The notes under the pieces were generated by a model that saw only the letters and a program-made list of their open reading frames with translations, was not told the origin of the DNA and searched no databases. Below, piece after piece: positions 22,494 to 35,919 of a stretch of DNA of 64,000 nucleotides. This DNA comes from Phoronis australis (taxonomy: Eukaryota > Animalia > Phoronida). Positions within the stretch are counted from its first letter, which is position 1, and every line of letters begins with the position of its first letter. The stretch covers positions 666,427 to 730,426 of the forward strand of contig NMRA01000063.1 in assembly GCA_002633005.1 (NCBI GenBank), written 5' to 3'. The position numbers and the translations under genes were made by a program.

Positions 22494-24179
22494 AGGAGAA
22501 TGCCACCCGATTTAATTAGTCTTTTTTATGGTCTTAATCGGTCTATATCCACATCGCCTCGCATATGGTCGACCTTACCTTGCCGAGAGGTGTCGCGTTA
22601 ACCTGTGAGGAAGGTGAGAAACAACGTCAGTGGTTCATTTGCAGAGTGAATGCTGCTATGTTGCGGTGCATCATTCCCTCTTGTCCGAACTATGCACCTG
22701 CGAGGAACGCGGGTACATCGTTTTTTCGACCTTGAGAGTCCGAAATGCTTAGGAAGTGGCTCGCGGTAGTGAAGAATGAAAAGTACGCTGTTAATAACAA
22801 GTATGAGGCCATGAAACATCTTCGTGTCTGTGGCCAGCAGTCGTCGACAGTGGTCTGACGAATGCCGGCTCACCAAAGAACTATCCATATGTTCCGTTGT
22901 CTGTGCATGTTCATGGCGCCTCTCTAGTATTTCTTGATCACTGTATTCCTGTTCGAACTGATAGCCTGTGAAACTTTACGATCTACCTGTGAAGTCTTTG
23001 TCGGATGAACTCTCATCTAGAAGTCGGGATTCTGTTTACGTTCTGCGTTCTGTTTCAAGATGAAATATTCTCGCCCTAACCAATGCTTTTGTAAAACTAA
23101 AACAAAGTCTTTCTCATTAGATACAATTTGTAATGCCCTTGGAGTATTTGTGAGTGCAAATGTTTTGAGAAGCCAGCAATGAATAAACCGCTGCGTTACC
23201 GGCTTCAGATGCAATAAAGGTAATTGACCGGGTACCGAGGCATTGTGAGCGCATGCTAATTCATTGTTTGCTGACCGAAACTGTTGTGAAACAATAACTC
23301 GATTTTCCATCCCACGGTCAGGTGTTAGGGGAATCTTTATTTACATATACATTATTCAAATAAAGATTGTCAACGTACAACTTCTGCCCTGACAGTTCTG
23401 TGGTCAAAGGGGAACCTGAATTCGCGGCCCCCGACGAGTAAGTAGATTTGCAGTTTGGTGGCTAATTCACCAACATAATCACGTGCACATTACTTCTTTG
23501 GCTCACTAGTATAGTATTTTCTTGACTGGAAGTTTAGTAAATAGTTTCCAACTTTGGCTGGTTTATGTTTGTGATGTCTTCAATCCGTCTGCAACGGGCC
23601 TGATCGGGTTCCGAGCCACTGGCTGGGATAACGAGTCAGTCCGGCCAAGACGGGCCTGATTGGGTTCTGAACCACTGGCCGGGATAACGAGCGTTTTGTT
23701 TGTTTAGAACTCAAAAAATCACAAGTCTAAACAACACAGATCTGGGTTCTCCTGTCTGTATTTCATGGAAGAATACTTGGGAATTTATCTCAGGACAGAT
23801 CCCAAACTCCTGCTACAGACCTTGATAAATTGGCCTGCCGAACTTTGTAGGCTACGGTGTGTCCCAATACCAATAAATCCGTAACAGCGAAATAAAACAA
23901 CATGTTTTTATAAGAACTCGGTGTATTTTTAAGGGTTTTACATGGAAGTTTGATGATTTATTGGTTTTAAACGGTGAATTCAAGCGATAAGCTGACACCA
24001 GTAATTCGTGTTGTGAACTGCTGAACAGACTGCGTGTGAAACCAACAATGTCATTGGATATTTTCAACAACTCCATCTGCCGTCAGGTGTCAGGTAACGC
24101 AACCGAACGTGCCGTTATTGAGTAGACCTACTCGAGCTAAATTGATACAAAATTTGTTGTTTTTGGGTGGCATGCTCCT
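22494..24179 (-). mobile_element. Non-autonomous Kolobok-type DNA transposon, copy A
   Basis: TIRs AGGAGAATGCCACC / GGTGGCATGCTCCT flanked by cTAA and TTAA; decayed KolX N-terminus (GYQFEQEYSDQE) on minus. Confidence 0.75.
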
Positions 24180-24214
24180 TTAAGTGATTTGATGGACAGA
24201 TAAATAATGTTCTC

Positions 24215-24535
24215 AAGGCATCCTCAAGGAAGGAAACCAAACCTTTTCACTGACTATTGACAGTGGAGAACCTTTTAGTAAACAGACAGTCAGTGGAGTA
24301 CCTTACACAGACTTGTGGCCTGTTCAAGGAAGGGGGCCAAACCCTTTCACTGACCACTGTAAGTCAGTGGAGTACCTTACACAGACCTATGGCATCCTCA
24401 TGGAAGGGGGGAGGGGGATGGCAAACCCTTTCACTGACCAAGTCAGTGGAGTACTTTGTACAGAGTTGTGGCATCCTCAAGGAAGGGAGCTAAACCCTTT
24501 CACTGACCACTGTAAGTCAGTGGAGTACCTATACA
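24215..24535. repeat. Degenerate tandem repeat, about 4 units
   Basis: Recurrent ggcatcctcaaggaagg..aaccctttcactgaccactgtaagtcagtggagtacct. Confidence 0.8.
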
Positions 24536-24550
24536 CAACATGGAGTTACC

Positions 24551-25001
24551 GTACTCCAGCACTTCAAGGTCCCCTTGACCAATGTTGTTCATCAGCCGAA
24601 AGGTGTACATGGCCTCATCTTTGCCGTAGTGGATATTGAACCAAGCTGGATATCCGGGGACCTGAAAGAACACTATGATTTATAAATGATTAGTTGCTAT
24701 GACATATAAGCATTATTTGAACAGTGTTATGTAAAAATGTTACCACTACTTGTAAATTATGCAAAACATTTCAATGTCGTGAAAAGAAAGAAGAAATAGC
24801 TGGGTAGGTTACATCAGAATACAAAAATCAAGAGCATATTGCTGTTCAGATGCTGCAATTTTGTTAATAAGCACTGTCAAACCTTGTAACATACTACATA
24901 ACCTGAGAAATTACAGAGAAATTATGCCAAACTTGGTCATCACCAGTTCAGCAAACTTGTGAGGAACATTTTTGCCAGGAAATTCGATGTTGTTGTCTGC
25001 A
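24551..25001 (-). pseudogene. Spindlin (Spin/Ssty)-like Tudor domain remnant, two exons (25001-24903 and 24661 to about 24551)
   Basis: Canonical splice sites; spliced read FPGKNVPHKFAE(fs)TGDDQVWHNFSVISQ/VPGYPAWFNIHYGKDEAMYTFRLMNNIGQGDLEVL, compared with SPIN1 ..[29 protein letters not shown]; one frameshift. Confidence 0.6.
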
Positions 25002-25188
25002 CTGAAGGAAGAATTAGCAGAATCAGTGTGTAATGAAACAGAAATATGAGACATGGTTGAACATGGAAGATATAGGGCAGGGTGAGATATATGAACAATC
25101 TAGGCGAACTTCTGAATTCTTTTTAAAAACTACTTGGTCAGATAAAAAATTATCGAAAGCATGTATAATTTTTCATGGTACTGCTCTT

Positions 25189-26880
25189 TTACCTGACACC
25201 TGACGGCATACAGAGGTGTTGAAATTAACCACTGGCTTAAGAGGTTCGAATGCAGTCTGTTCAGCAGTTCACAATACGCTTACTGGTGTCAGCTTATCGC
25301 TTGAATTTATCGTTTCACACCAATAAATCATCAAAATTGGATGTAAAACCCTTATAAATACATCGAGTTATCGAACAAACGTGTTGTTTTATTTCGCTGT
25401 TTGGGTATTTGAATGTGCCGTAGCCTACAAAATTGGGTAGACCAATTTACCAAGGTCGGCCGTGGGAGTTTATGGTCTGTTTGGTGATAAATTCAAACTA
25501 TTCATCTGTGAAATACGGAGAGGAGAACATAGCTGAGTGTTGTTATTTTAGACTAGATTTTTTCAGTTCCAAACACACAAAACGCTTGCTATCCTGGCCA
25601 GTGGCTCGAAACCTGGACTGAAGACATCACGAACATAAACCAGCCTAAGTTGGAAACTAAGCTTTTAGTCATGAAAAGACTATACTGGTGAGCCAAAGAA
25701 AAAATGTGCACGTGATTATTTTGGTGAATTAGCCACTAAACTGCAAATCTACTTACCAGCTCGTCAGGGGCGCGACCCTTCCAACCGTCAGGGCAATAGT
25801 TGTTCAGTAACAATGATTCGAACAATGTAAATGATATCTAAATGAAAATTCCCCTAACATCTGACCGTAGGATATAAAATCGTGTCATTGTTTCACAATA
25901 GCTTTTTGTCAGCAAACACTGAATTAGCATGCGCTCAAACGGCCTCGGTGCCCAGTCAATTAGTTTATTACTTCTAAAGCCGGTAACGCAGTGATTTATT
26001 CATTGCAGGCTTCTCAAACCATTTTCACTCACAAACACGCCATCTAAAGAGAAGACTTTGTTTCTGTATTATATTAGAATAATTCATTTTAAAACAGAAC
26101 TCACAATTATTAACGTCAATGTCGCAATTCCCAATCCTGACTTAGATGAGTACTCATCCAAGGAAGACTTCACAGGTCGATCGTTGGGTTTCATTGGCTG
26201 GCAGTTCGAACTAGAATACACTGATCAAGAAATAATTGGCTCAGTGAATGTGCACAGACAACGGTACATATGGATAGTTCCGAAAACCATTTTTAAAAAT
26301 GACTTGTCATGGTGTCAGTGAGCTAACTGCACGATAATGGAAATGACTGACGCTTGCGTTTGCTACCACGAAATTCTGCAAGTGAAATGCCTTCTTAGAG
26401 AACCGCAGATATGTCTCACAGACCATCCTGATTTTGCACCACATCTAAACAGAGGTTAGCTTAAGACGTTTTTTAGGACTGTGAAACAGAACTGGCGAAA
26501 ACATCCTACACCCAGAGGACCAAACAGAAGCCTTACGAATGACTCAGTCATCAAACAGGTTATATATTTAACTTTATGTTCTCATGCCTTGAATTAATTG
26601 TAGTTGTTTATGTTTTCATGGCCAACTACAATTCTCCATAATCAAAAACTAGTCAACAACTGATCCGACGAAATGCAGGCCACAAGCAGGAACGATACAC
26701 CACACCATAGCGGCACTCGCTCTGTAAAAGAACCACTGACGTTGCTGCGCCATTTCTCACCTTCTTCATAGGTTAACACAACCCCTCTTGGCGATGTTAG
26801 ATCGTCTGCATACGAGGTGATTTGGATATAGACCGATTAAGACGTTAAAAAAGACTAATTAAATCCGGTGGCATTCTCCT
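25189..26880 (+). mobile_element. Kolobok-type element copy B (inverted relative to A, inner end truncated)
   Basis: Reverse-complement similarity to copy A; ends GGTGGCATTCTCCT then TTAA; KolX/P2X7-C-terminal-like remnant WCQ*ANCTIM..CVCYHE..CLTDHPDF at about 26310-26450. Confidence 0.75.
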
Positions 26881-27234
26881 TTAATTTTTTCACTGAGCGT
26901 TTTAACTGCAAAGTATGTCAATTGACATCACGTGAATGAGGCAACAACACAGAACAACAGGCACAAGACTGAGCGAAGCCTGTTACTCTTGCAAAAAGTA
27001 GTATGGGAAGATATCCAGTGGGATTTGTGAGATTTGTGTCCCTTGAACTTTTTGTAAGTCAACAGGCGTGATGTCGTGTAACTGTTGTACAAAAAGGGTG
27101 AAGGCATTCACGTGAGTGAAGCGACAGTTTTGGTTAATATTTGATCTACAATAAAACACCTGGAATTCTGGCAGCCATTGTGTCTTGCTGAGTGAAACTA
27201 TTCCACTGCTACAACAACTTAATCAGGATGATCG

Positions 27235-27393
27235 AAACCAATAATGACCTGTCTTATTTCTAAACCAATAACGACCTGTCTTATTTCTAAACCAATAACG
27301 ACCTGTCTTATTTCTAAACCAATAACGACCTGTCTTATTTCTAAACCAATAATGACCTGTCTTATTTCTAAACCAATAATGACCTGTCTTATT
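27235..27393. repeat. 27-bp minisatellite, about 6 copies
   Basis: Unit aaaccaataa(t/c)gacctgtcttatttct. Confidence 0.95.
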
Positions 27394-28124
27394 TGTAATC
27401 TGAGCAAGTAACAAGATGAAATAGATTTTTCCAGCTAGTGGCTTATATCAAAAGTTGTTCTTTTTAACTAAACATATGTTATTTGTCATTTTAGCTCAGT
27501 TGCATTGCATTTGGACGCTCAATTCTATTTGTATGTTATGTTAGAGCTCTTGATGTCTATAATAATCAGCACCCAATAAATAAGGTAAATCGAACTTGTG
27601 GTGGGAAAATAGAAACTTACTGGAGGAATTGCAGTTACTTCATAATGTATGTACGTATTAATGTAAATATGGGATCCAGATCACTTGTGACATGTTATGG
27701 TCAAGGGTCATACACAAGTTATGGTCAAGGGTCATACACAGGGCATCCAAAATAGGTTTCCCAATTTCTCAATAATGTATGGTCATGGTTTTTATTATCC
27801 CAAGTCATAATGCTGTTATAATTTGGTATGCTAATTTAGACAAATGGTTCTACAATAAATATTTCTGTATCTTTAGCTGTTTTTGCTTGGGTAACAGTTG
27901 TCACTGCACAAGTTGTCATGGCGCTTAATTTTGCTTCACTGTAGTGGCATTTACATGACATTAGATTGTAACTTGGACTGTTTGCACATGCCTGAGTAAT
28001 TAAATAGTGAATTTCCAAACCACATGGAATGGTCTAGCAAATCACTTGTACTCTTCTACGCTATTACTCTATTGTAACTTAGACAATCCCTTCGGTCTTG
28101 CCTCATTTTGTGTTTTGACATGTA

Positions 28125-28658
28125 CTTGTTAGTTGCTCCATAACTACTGTCTCCTGTGTTAGTTGATCCGTGACTACTGTCCCCTGTGTTAGTTGATCTG
28201 TGACTACTGTCTCCTGTGTTAGTTGCTCCGTGACACTGTCTCCTGTGTTAGTTGATTTGTGCCTACTGCCTCCTGTGTTAGTTGATCTGTGACTACTGTC
28301 TCCTGTGTTAGTTGATCCGTGACACTGTCTCCTGTGTTAGTTGATCTGTGACACTGTCTTCTGTGTTAGTTGATCTGTGACTACTGCCTCCTGTGTTAGT
28401 TGATCCGTGACACTGTCTCCTGTGTTAGTTGATCTGTGACACTGTCTTCTGTGTTAGTTGATCTGTGACTACTGTCTCCTGTGTTAGTTGCTCCGTGACA
28501 CTGTCTCCTGTGTTAGTTGATCTGTGACACTGTCTCCTGTGTTAGTTGATCCGCGACACTGCCTCCTGTGTTAGTTGATCCGTGACACTGTCTCCTGTGT
28601 TAGTTGATCTGTGACTACTGCCTCCCGTGTTAGTTGCTCCGTGACACTGTCTTCTGTG
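28125..28658. repeat. 28/30-bp minisatellite, about 18 copies
   Basis: Unit actgtctcctgtgttagttgatccgtgac(t). Confidence 0.95.
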
Positions 28659-29059
28659 TAAATGAGGCCTTGCATCATTTCTAAACCAATTTAGTTGTAG
28701 TGATTGCTCTATGATTAGTCTAGTGCTCATGGGTGTTCAAGTTTTCGTGTGTTAAACCGATAACAGAAAAATCAAATCAACAGCAACAGTATAAATAAGC
28801 ATAATTTAAAATTTACACTATTTTGTTGCCCTAGTCTGAATTTCCAAATTTTTAGGTTCTGAAAGTTGTTCTCAGTTACACTGATTGGGAAATGTTCTGC
28901 AGTTTTTTAAATTTATTTCTTCTGTGTCTTTGAAGTTGTGTGACAAATTTTCATTAAATTTGGCAGATAAGTTTCTGTTAGAGAGATAATGACACCCTCC
29001 CATTTTTGGATGCATTTGACACTGTATGCAGTCTAGTGGACATTTTTATTATTTTAGAT

Positions 29060-31280
29060 TCTGGTTTTTATAATGCATCTCTCTTACCCACAAAGGATCA
29101 TAATGAAAGTGGCATATGTGTTCCTAATGGGAAGAGCATTGCTGAAAATGATTTTCGAATGGCTCCAACAACTGTGGCACCCTCTTTTGTCAGTTTTGTT
29201 TTTTGTGTCTGGCTGTATATCCTGAACCTCTTTTGTGATATTTGGTTATTTTGGTTGATGTATTTCTAGGAACATGACAACAGTTGACCATGATGTCAAC
29301 TTTCAGAGGGATCCCATTACCATTTTGCCGTCTAGAGGCAATTTCCTCTTTTTATGTTTTCCTCTGTACTTTTGGAGTTCCTTAGGATTCTTGTGTAACA
29401 TGGCAGCTCTCGCTGTCCACTATGGAAAGCCCGATGAAAACATTGAACCATAAATGAGACTAGCTGTTACCAGTGCTTTCGCAAGGGTAGCAGCTAGTGG
29501 AAAATGCCGAGGGAGGGAAATAGCTCACCTAAGAGTGAACCGAGTGTTCATCGCAAGAGACAGGAATACTTCTTGAAGTGTGCGGCTATGGCATTCTTTC
29601 CCTAGACAGTACAAATTTTCTTTCCAGAACATTTGACCCTGCTGTAACATTCACCTTCCCCGTTACAGCCGTTCATAGAAGTAAAAAACTGTATCTCCAA
29701 AACCCACTGCAGGATCTTTATTAAATTTAGTAAGTGAATTTATATGAAGATAACAACAGACAACAACTTTCAGGCAGATGGAACGGAGGCTGTGCCCACA
29801 AGTGGCAATTTCATTTTGTTCTGTTTTCCTTTGTTTCTCTGAAGTTCTTTGACAATTTTTATGAAATATGGCATGTTTCCGTTTTTTGATGGATTGTACA
29901 TTTTTGCGCCATCTAGTGGCCATTTTTATGATACAAATAAATAACCACAAAAGCACACCTTTTGCGATGCATTCGTGGGCGCATTTCAACGCTCCGCGTT
30001 GCTCTTGTTTATTGTTTGAGTTTTTGGTATCTGCTTGTCTGTTGGCCAAACCACTATAAGGTTCATTAAAACTGGCGAGTGCATAGGTGACGATCATTTT
30101 CGGAGAGGTCTGACTGCTGCGGCACCCTCCTATGACAATTTTGTTTTTTGCTTGTTTCTCAATATCTACCAAGTTCCTTTATGGATTTTCAAGGAATGTG
30201 CATGTATTTTCATTTATGAGATTACTACTTATGTGGATTTTGGCTCAAATCCGACTACTACCCTAATGCTCATTTGTCTTCATATCTATCAAGTTCTTTG
30301 AAATTTTGCTGATTTTCTGATGTTTTTGGCGTTTGCCTTCTATCAACCAAGTCACTAATGTGTGTTGACAATGGTTTTCAGATTTCTCTGACTATTGTGG
30401 CGCCTCCTAGTGGCAGTTTTGTTTTTTTGCATACATGGCTGTATTTTGTAAACCATGTGCAGGATCTTTGTTAATTCTAGCAAATGTGTTTATACATATG
30501 ATGTTTAGAACAAATGACACCCACTCACAGATGAATCCAACTACCTCTTTGCCTCCAAGTGGCAATTTTTTCCATCTTCCTCTGTAGCTTCGAAATTCTG
30601 CGACAAATTTTTCTGAAATTTGGTACATAGCTTTCTATAAAAGAGGCTATGATTTCATGCCATTTTCAGATGGATGTGACATAGGGCACTCCACTTAGGG
30701 TGCGGTCGTGGAGTCCGCCTTTCAGCCGAATCACTCTAAGGATGATTATGGAAATTGGCATGTATATTCCAACTGGGAAGAGGACGACTGGCAAAGATTT
30801 TTGGACAGCTAGTTTTGTTTTTGTGTTTTTTGCTTTATCTCCTAAACCCTCTGCAGGATCTTTGTTAAATATGGCAAGGAAGGTGGCAGCGGATGATGAC
30901 GACTTTTGGATGGATCGTACCACCGCTATGTCCCCTAGTCATTTTATTTTTTCCCGCTTTCTGTATCTTAGGAGGTCCTTGACGTATTTTTATGAAATTT
31001 GACATATTAAAAGAGGCGATGACACCTGTTCATTTTCAGATGTATTTGACACAAGTTTTGCCTTTTTCCCCATTTTTGAGTCTTTTTGGGAACCTATCTC
31101 TCTGTCAGCCAAATCACTCTAATAATGGTTGTGCAATTTGGTATATGTGTTCTTGCTGGAAGGACAATGATTTTTATACAATTGGGATTTTAATTAAAGT
31201 TCTTTTTTTTCGCATTCACATCAGTTTCTTCTAAACCCTGACAGGATCTTTGTGAAGTTTGACAAGTGTAATTCTATGAA
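29060..31280 (+). mobile_element. Old fragmented copies of the HINE/CTCF-motif family
   Basis: Core monomers (gcgccatctagtggcc at 29906, ggcgcctcctagtggc at 30399); 3' end gtgggcgcatttcaacgctccgcgttgctcttgtt near 29975-30010. Confidence 0.7.
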
Positions 31281-32492
31281 CCTAGAATTGATGATAAGGA
31301 CTTCAATTTTGTATTATGATATCGTGATATTGGGTTTGTATGGAATTTGGAGCCCTATTCATTATGTTGAAGAATATATTATGATTTTTACTGTTTAAAA
31401 TCTGGACACAGTGTACAATTCATGTTCTAAGGCTATTTATAGTGTTTCTGTCTAATTTCCATGCTGTCCCAAGATCAGAAGAGGGTCAGTCAACTACTTA
31501 ATCCATCAAATGTGTCAGTTGCAGTTCACATGTATTTGCCCTTCAAGTCAGTCTGTTTCATATCAGGCAGTTGTAACCAACACATGCTGACAGGTTTGTT
31601 ATCACTGCTTACTTCTGTGTTTTATACACTGGCACACTTGCTCAAATGAGAATCAAAAGGCAATAGGAATCCTTATGGAGATTTGTTATACTGTCTGTTT
31701 TTTATTTAGGGTCGTGAAATATTTATGAAAGGTTCTTTGTGAGTAAATTGATTCCAATTTCCAGGAAATGGTAATTACCAGGCATTATGAATATAAAGTA
31801 AAATCATAGTGATTATTCAGTCCTGGTGTGATATTGTTGACTGCCAGGTCAAGTACATGTCTAGATATTGATAGTGTGGGTTGCTGTGTTCCAGACTTAC
31901 TTGCATGTCTGTTGTTGTGTCCTGCTGAGGTGGATATGTGTTAACTGCATAACTGTGTAAAGGGCCACAGTTTATTGACTGGAAGTAACAAGTGCTTTTC
32001 AGTCATTGACCTATATATGACTTGAGGAGCTGGTCACATCACTTTGTTATAGTTCACTGGGTCAGGTGTACTCAGTTGTTGATATCAGTGTTACATATGC
32101 ACACAGATGTCCTCAATAACAGTGATTGTGGCATGGAGGCAGAGGAAATCTATCATGGTCGTGGTGGGGTGGTAGGTGGTGAATACATTCAACTCAGATA
32201 CACGTGCATTTCTCATCTGAACATGGTAGATTCAATGAGTTCTACGTTATTCTTTATTGGGGTTATACCATGTTGTGTATACCTGCTGCTCGGTGTTTTT
32301 TCTGCTTGACATGGTCGAGTCTTCTTTGTTTAATTGTAGTCTGTACATGACTAGGCTGTGGAAAGTTTAGGAAGAAAAATCAGACAAGTTTAAGATTTCT
32401 GTTCAGCTTCACTTCATCTTTCATTTAATATATTTGTGACGCAATTAAACCCATGTTTCTCCAATGTTCATGACATCCACGCGTGGTTTTAG

Positions 32493-32630
32493 ATTTCTGA
32501 AATCCTGAAAACGGACGACAGCGACCGTACGGCGGAGCAGAAGGTAATATTGGAGCAGTCTCCGGACATTGTGGGGCAACTGCAGCGACGTGCCAAGGAG
32601 AGAGATAATGCCAAGCAGAGGCAGTTGGAG
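32493..32630 (+). CDS. SIRT7: SIRT7 exon 2
   Basis: ttttag acceptor; ISEILKTDDSDRTAEQKVILEQSPDIVGQLQRRAKERDNAKQRQLE; gtacgt donor; 138 nt. Confidence 0.9.
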
Positions 32631-33590
32631 GTACGTGCTTGAGTCCAGGAACATATGAAATTCTCATCAACCTTAGCACACAGTGCCTAATGCTGTTTAA
32701 CATTGACTCATATTGGGTTGATAGAAATTTCTGTCAGGTATAGTGTTGGTGAATTGAGTAATGACAAGCTGCAAGCAATGGCAAACTGCAACGACATCTG
32801 TGGCATTGACATTCTTGACTAGATAATTATAAAAAAGCATTCTTTGAAAGTAGAAATTTGATTTTTTTATTTATCGCGTCATCTATTAAAATGTGTGCTA
32901 ATTTTACTCATATTTTTGTCAGTTGTGAAATTTTTATGAGAAAGCAGATAGGATGGTTGATCCTAAGACGGACCAGCTGCTTAAAATGTGCGTTCATGAA
33001 GGCTTCTGATTGGTTGTCTGATGAGTTATTAGCATAATGTTGATAAACAAGGTGTTAGTATTCTACAGATTAGGCACTTGATCTGCCTTGTGATTGTACA
33101 TCGTTTGAACGCTACATGTAGGAAATACAGCTTTGTTTCAATGTTGCTTTTTACTAATAATTCCTATGGGTTTCCTGTACTAATTGTATCACCCAACGAT
33201 TGATTACATCGTCACCTGTTTAAAGTCATCCTTAAGAATAAACAATCTCCTAAGTTAGTGTTTCACAGTTGAGACATATGGCTTCAAAGCAATTGCAATG
33301 CTATGAACATAGAAAAATCTGATTAAAGACCTGAGTTAGGTGATTCAAGTGGCTTAAATTCAAATTAAAGATTTGTTTGTATGCGGTACTCCTTTAAGCA
33401 ATGATCTTTGGTAAACAAAGTCCTCAAAGCTGCTTGATCTAACAGTCTCCTTTTCTAACAAAAATCTTGAATCAGATTTTTCCTGGTTAAAATTTTCAAC
33501 AATTATTGTGATAACTGCTTGCGTCTATAAGAGAAACATGGTTTGTGCACTTATATGCAAAACACTTAATGAAATAATCATGGGGAAACA

Positions 33591-35108
33591 TTTTTTATGC
33601 GCCCACATATTTATATGTGGACGCATTATGCCGTCATCTCCGTCCGTCCGTCCGTCCTGGCGGCGTCCGTCTGGTGTCCGGCGTCTGCTGCTTTATCTCC
33701 AAAACCCTTTGACATACGTTCATGAAATTTGACACATATGTTCCATTCATGAATGGGACGGCATATGCGAACTTTTGGACGGATCCAACTACCGGTGTGT
33801 CCCCTAGTGGCAGTTTTAGTTTTTTACGCTTACCTTTGTATCTTCAAAAGTCTTGAATGGATTTTCATGAAATTTGGTATGTAGGCACCTATTAGTGAGA
33901 TGACGCTATCCTGCCGTTTTCAGATGGATTCGACATAATTTGCGCCACCTAGTGGCCATTTTTAGTGTTTTCGAGTCTGTTTTTGTGCGTCCACCCCTCT
34001 ATCAACCAAACCACTCAAAGGATGATTGTGAAAATTGGCCTGTATATGCTTACTATGTAGAGGACAGTTGACGATGATTTTCCGACGATTTCGACCACTG
34101 TGGCGCCTCCTAGTGGCAGTTTTGTTTTTTTTGCGCCTATGGCTGTATCTCCTAAACCGTTCGCAGGATCTTTACGAAATTTAATAAGTGTATTTATATT
34201 ATGTTAACAACAGACGATGACGACTTTTGGACGGGTCCGCCTACCAGTGTGCCCCCTAATGGCAATTTTATTTTTTACGTTTACCTCTGTATCTTCACAA
34301 GTCCTTAACGGATTTTCATGAAATTTGGTATGTTGGCACCTATTAGTGCGATGACGCTATCCTCCCGTTTTCGGATAGATTTGACCTAGTTCGCGACACC
34401 CAGTGGCCATTTTTACTGTTTTTGAGTCTGTTTTTTGGCGTACACCCCTCTATCAACCAAACCGCTTTAAGTATGACTGTGAAAATTGGCATGTATGTTC
34501 TTACTATGAAGAGGACGGTTGACGCTGAATTTCCCATGACTTTGATTACTGTGGCGCCTCCTAGTGGCAGTTTTTTTTTTCGCCAATGGCTGTATCTCCC
34601 AAACCTTTTGCAGGATCTTTACTAAATTTAGCAAGTGTATTTATGTGATGTTGAGAACGGACGATGACGACTTTAGGATGATTCTGACTACCGGTATGCC
34701 TCTAGTGGCAATTTTAGTATTTTACATTGACCTCTGTATTTTCATAGGTCTTCAGGTGTATACTTTGTGTTACTTCGTGACTATGAAGGAAAAGTTCCAA
34801 GTAGAAATTTGTTTCTGGCATTCTAATGCTGTGCTAATCTCGTATGTTGGTAAATTTGTTTTTAATTCTATGTTTCTGTGGTGCTTTAAGCAACTGATGT
34901 ATAGGATGTGCTTGTATTATGAAGATCACTCACATTTTGCCCCTAGCCTATTGAGGAGACAATGACCATGCCTTTCCATTTTGCAAAGTACAACATACTA
35001 CATATATGCCCTCTACTGGCCACTTTATGGTACCAATAAACAACCCTAGAAGGATACCGTATGCGGTGCAATTGTGGGTGCATTTCAACGCTCTGCGTTG
35101 CTGTTGTT
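33591..35108 (+). mobile_element. HINE/CTCF-motif family, complete copy with an insertion of about 200 bp
   Basis: ttttttatgcgcccacatatttatatgtggacgcat, (TCCG)n microsatellite, 8 core monomers, 3' gtgggtgcat plus caacgctctgcgttg stem-loop. Confidence 0.82.
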
Positions 35109-35919
35109 ATTTGAATACAGGTGCATGGGCCTAAACTCAGGCACATATGCCACAATACAATCTCATCAATTTAGGACAATATGGTGGACAAGTGAAATTT
35201 TATTTTCTCGTTTTATGAAAGATATGTAGCATCAAATTAACGCTTTACCATGCTCAAGTTCTGTTGCATAGCAACCATCAGAAAATAGTACCATCAGAAA
35301 ATATTTTGAACAATATTGGGCATTCACATTAGGGTTAGGAGACCTTGAAAACGAAAAAAAAAGCGTAATTTTGGAAATTATTTTTGTCTGATATTGTGAG
35401 ATTGTAAGGTCGTGAGTTTTTGTTGCTAAGTCTAGTCACTTACATAGTTACGTAGAGGTTTGTTACTAGCAAGAGACAAACAGTAGTGTAGGGCCAACAA
35501 AGAAGGTACCTGAAAAAGTTCTGTTATAAATTCTGTGTAACTCTATGTTCGGAACATGGTATCTTAGAAATGGCTGATCGGATTTACATGAAACTTTCTG
35601 ATAGCGCTTGCAGTGTTCTCCAAAACGCAGTTAAAATTTAATTTTGATATGTTCCATTTTTGCATGGTGGGTGGGATATAAAGAAATAGAGCTTTTATGA
35701 TTTCGAGAAAAATCGCAAAAAACTTGTAATAAACAGAAATGTAGTGTAATTTAGAAAATTGCAACAGCATTTTTGTTATTTCATCTTGAAAATTTATGTC
35801 AAAGTACTTGTTATTGCATACATGTCAGAATCTTACATTGATGTCAACAAACTGGTTATGTGTACATATTACTGCTGCTTCATGTAGCCATGGAAGAGAG
35901 TATGGATGATGTTTTAGAT

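Noticed and set aside
29663-30172. 169-aa ORF and other ORFs within HINE copies
   Set aside because: Chance frames in non-coding core repeats, not conserved between copies, with no Rep or helicase motifs.
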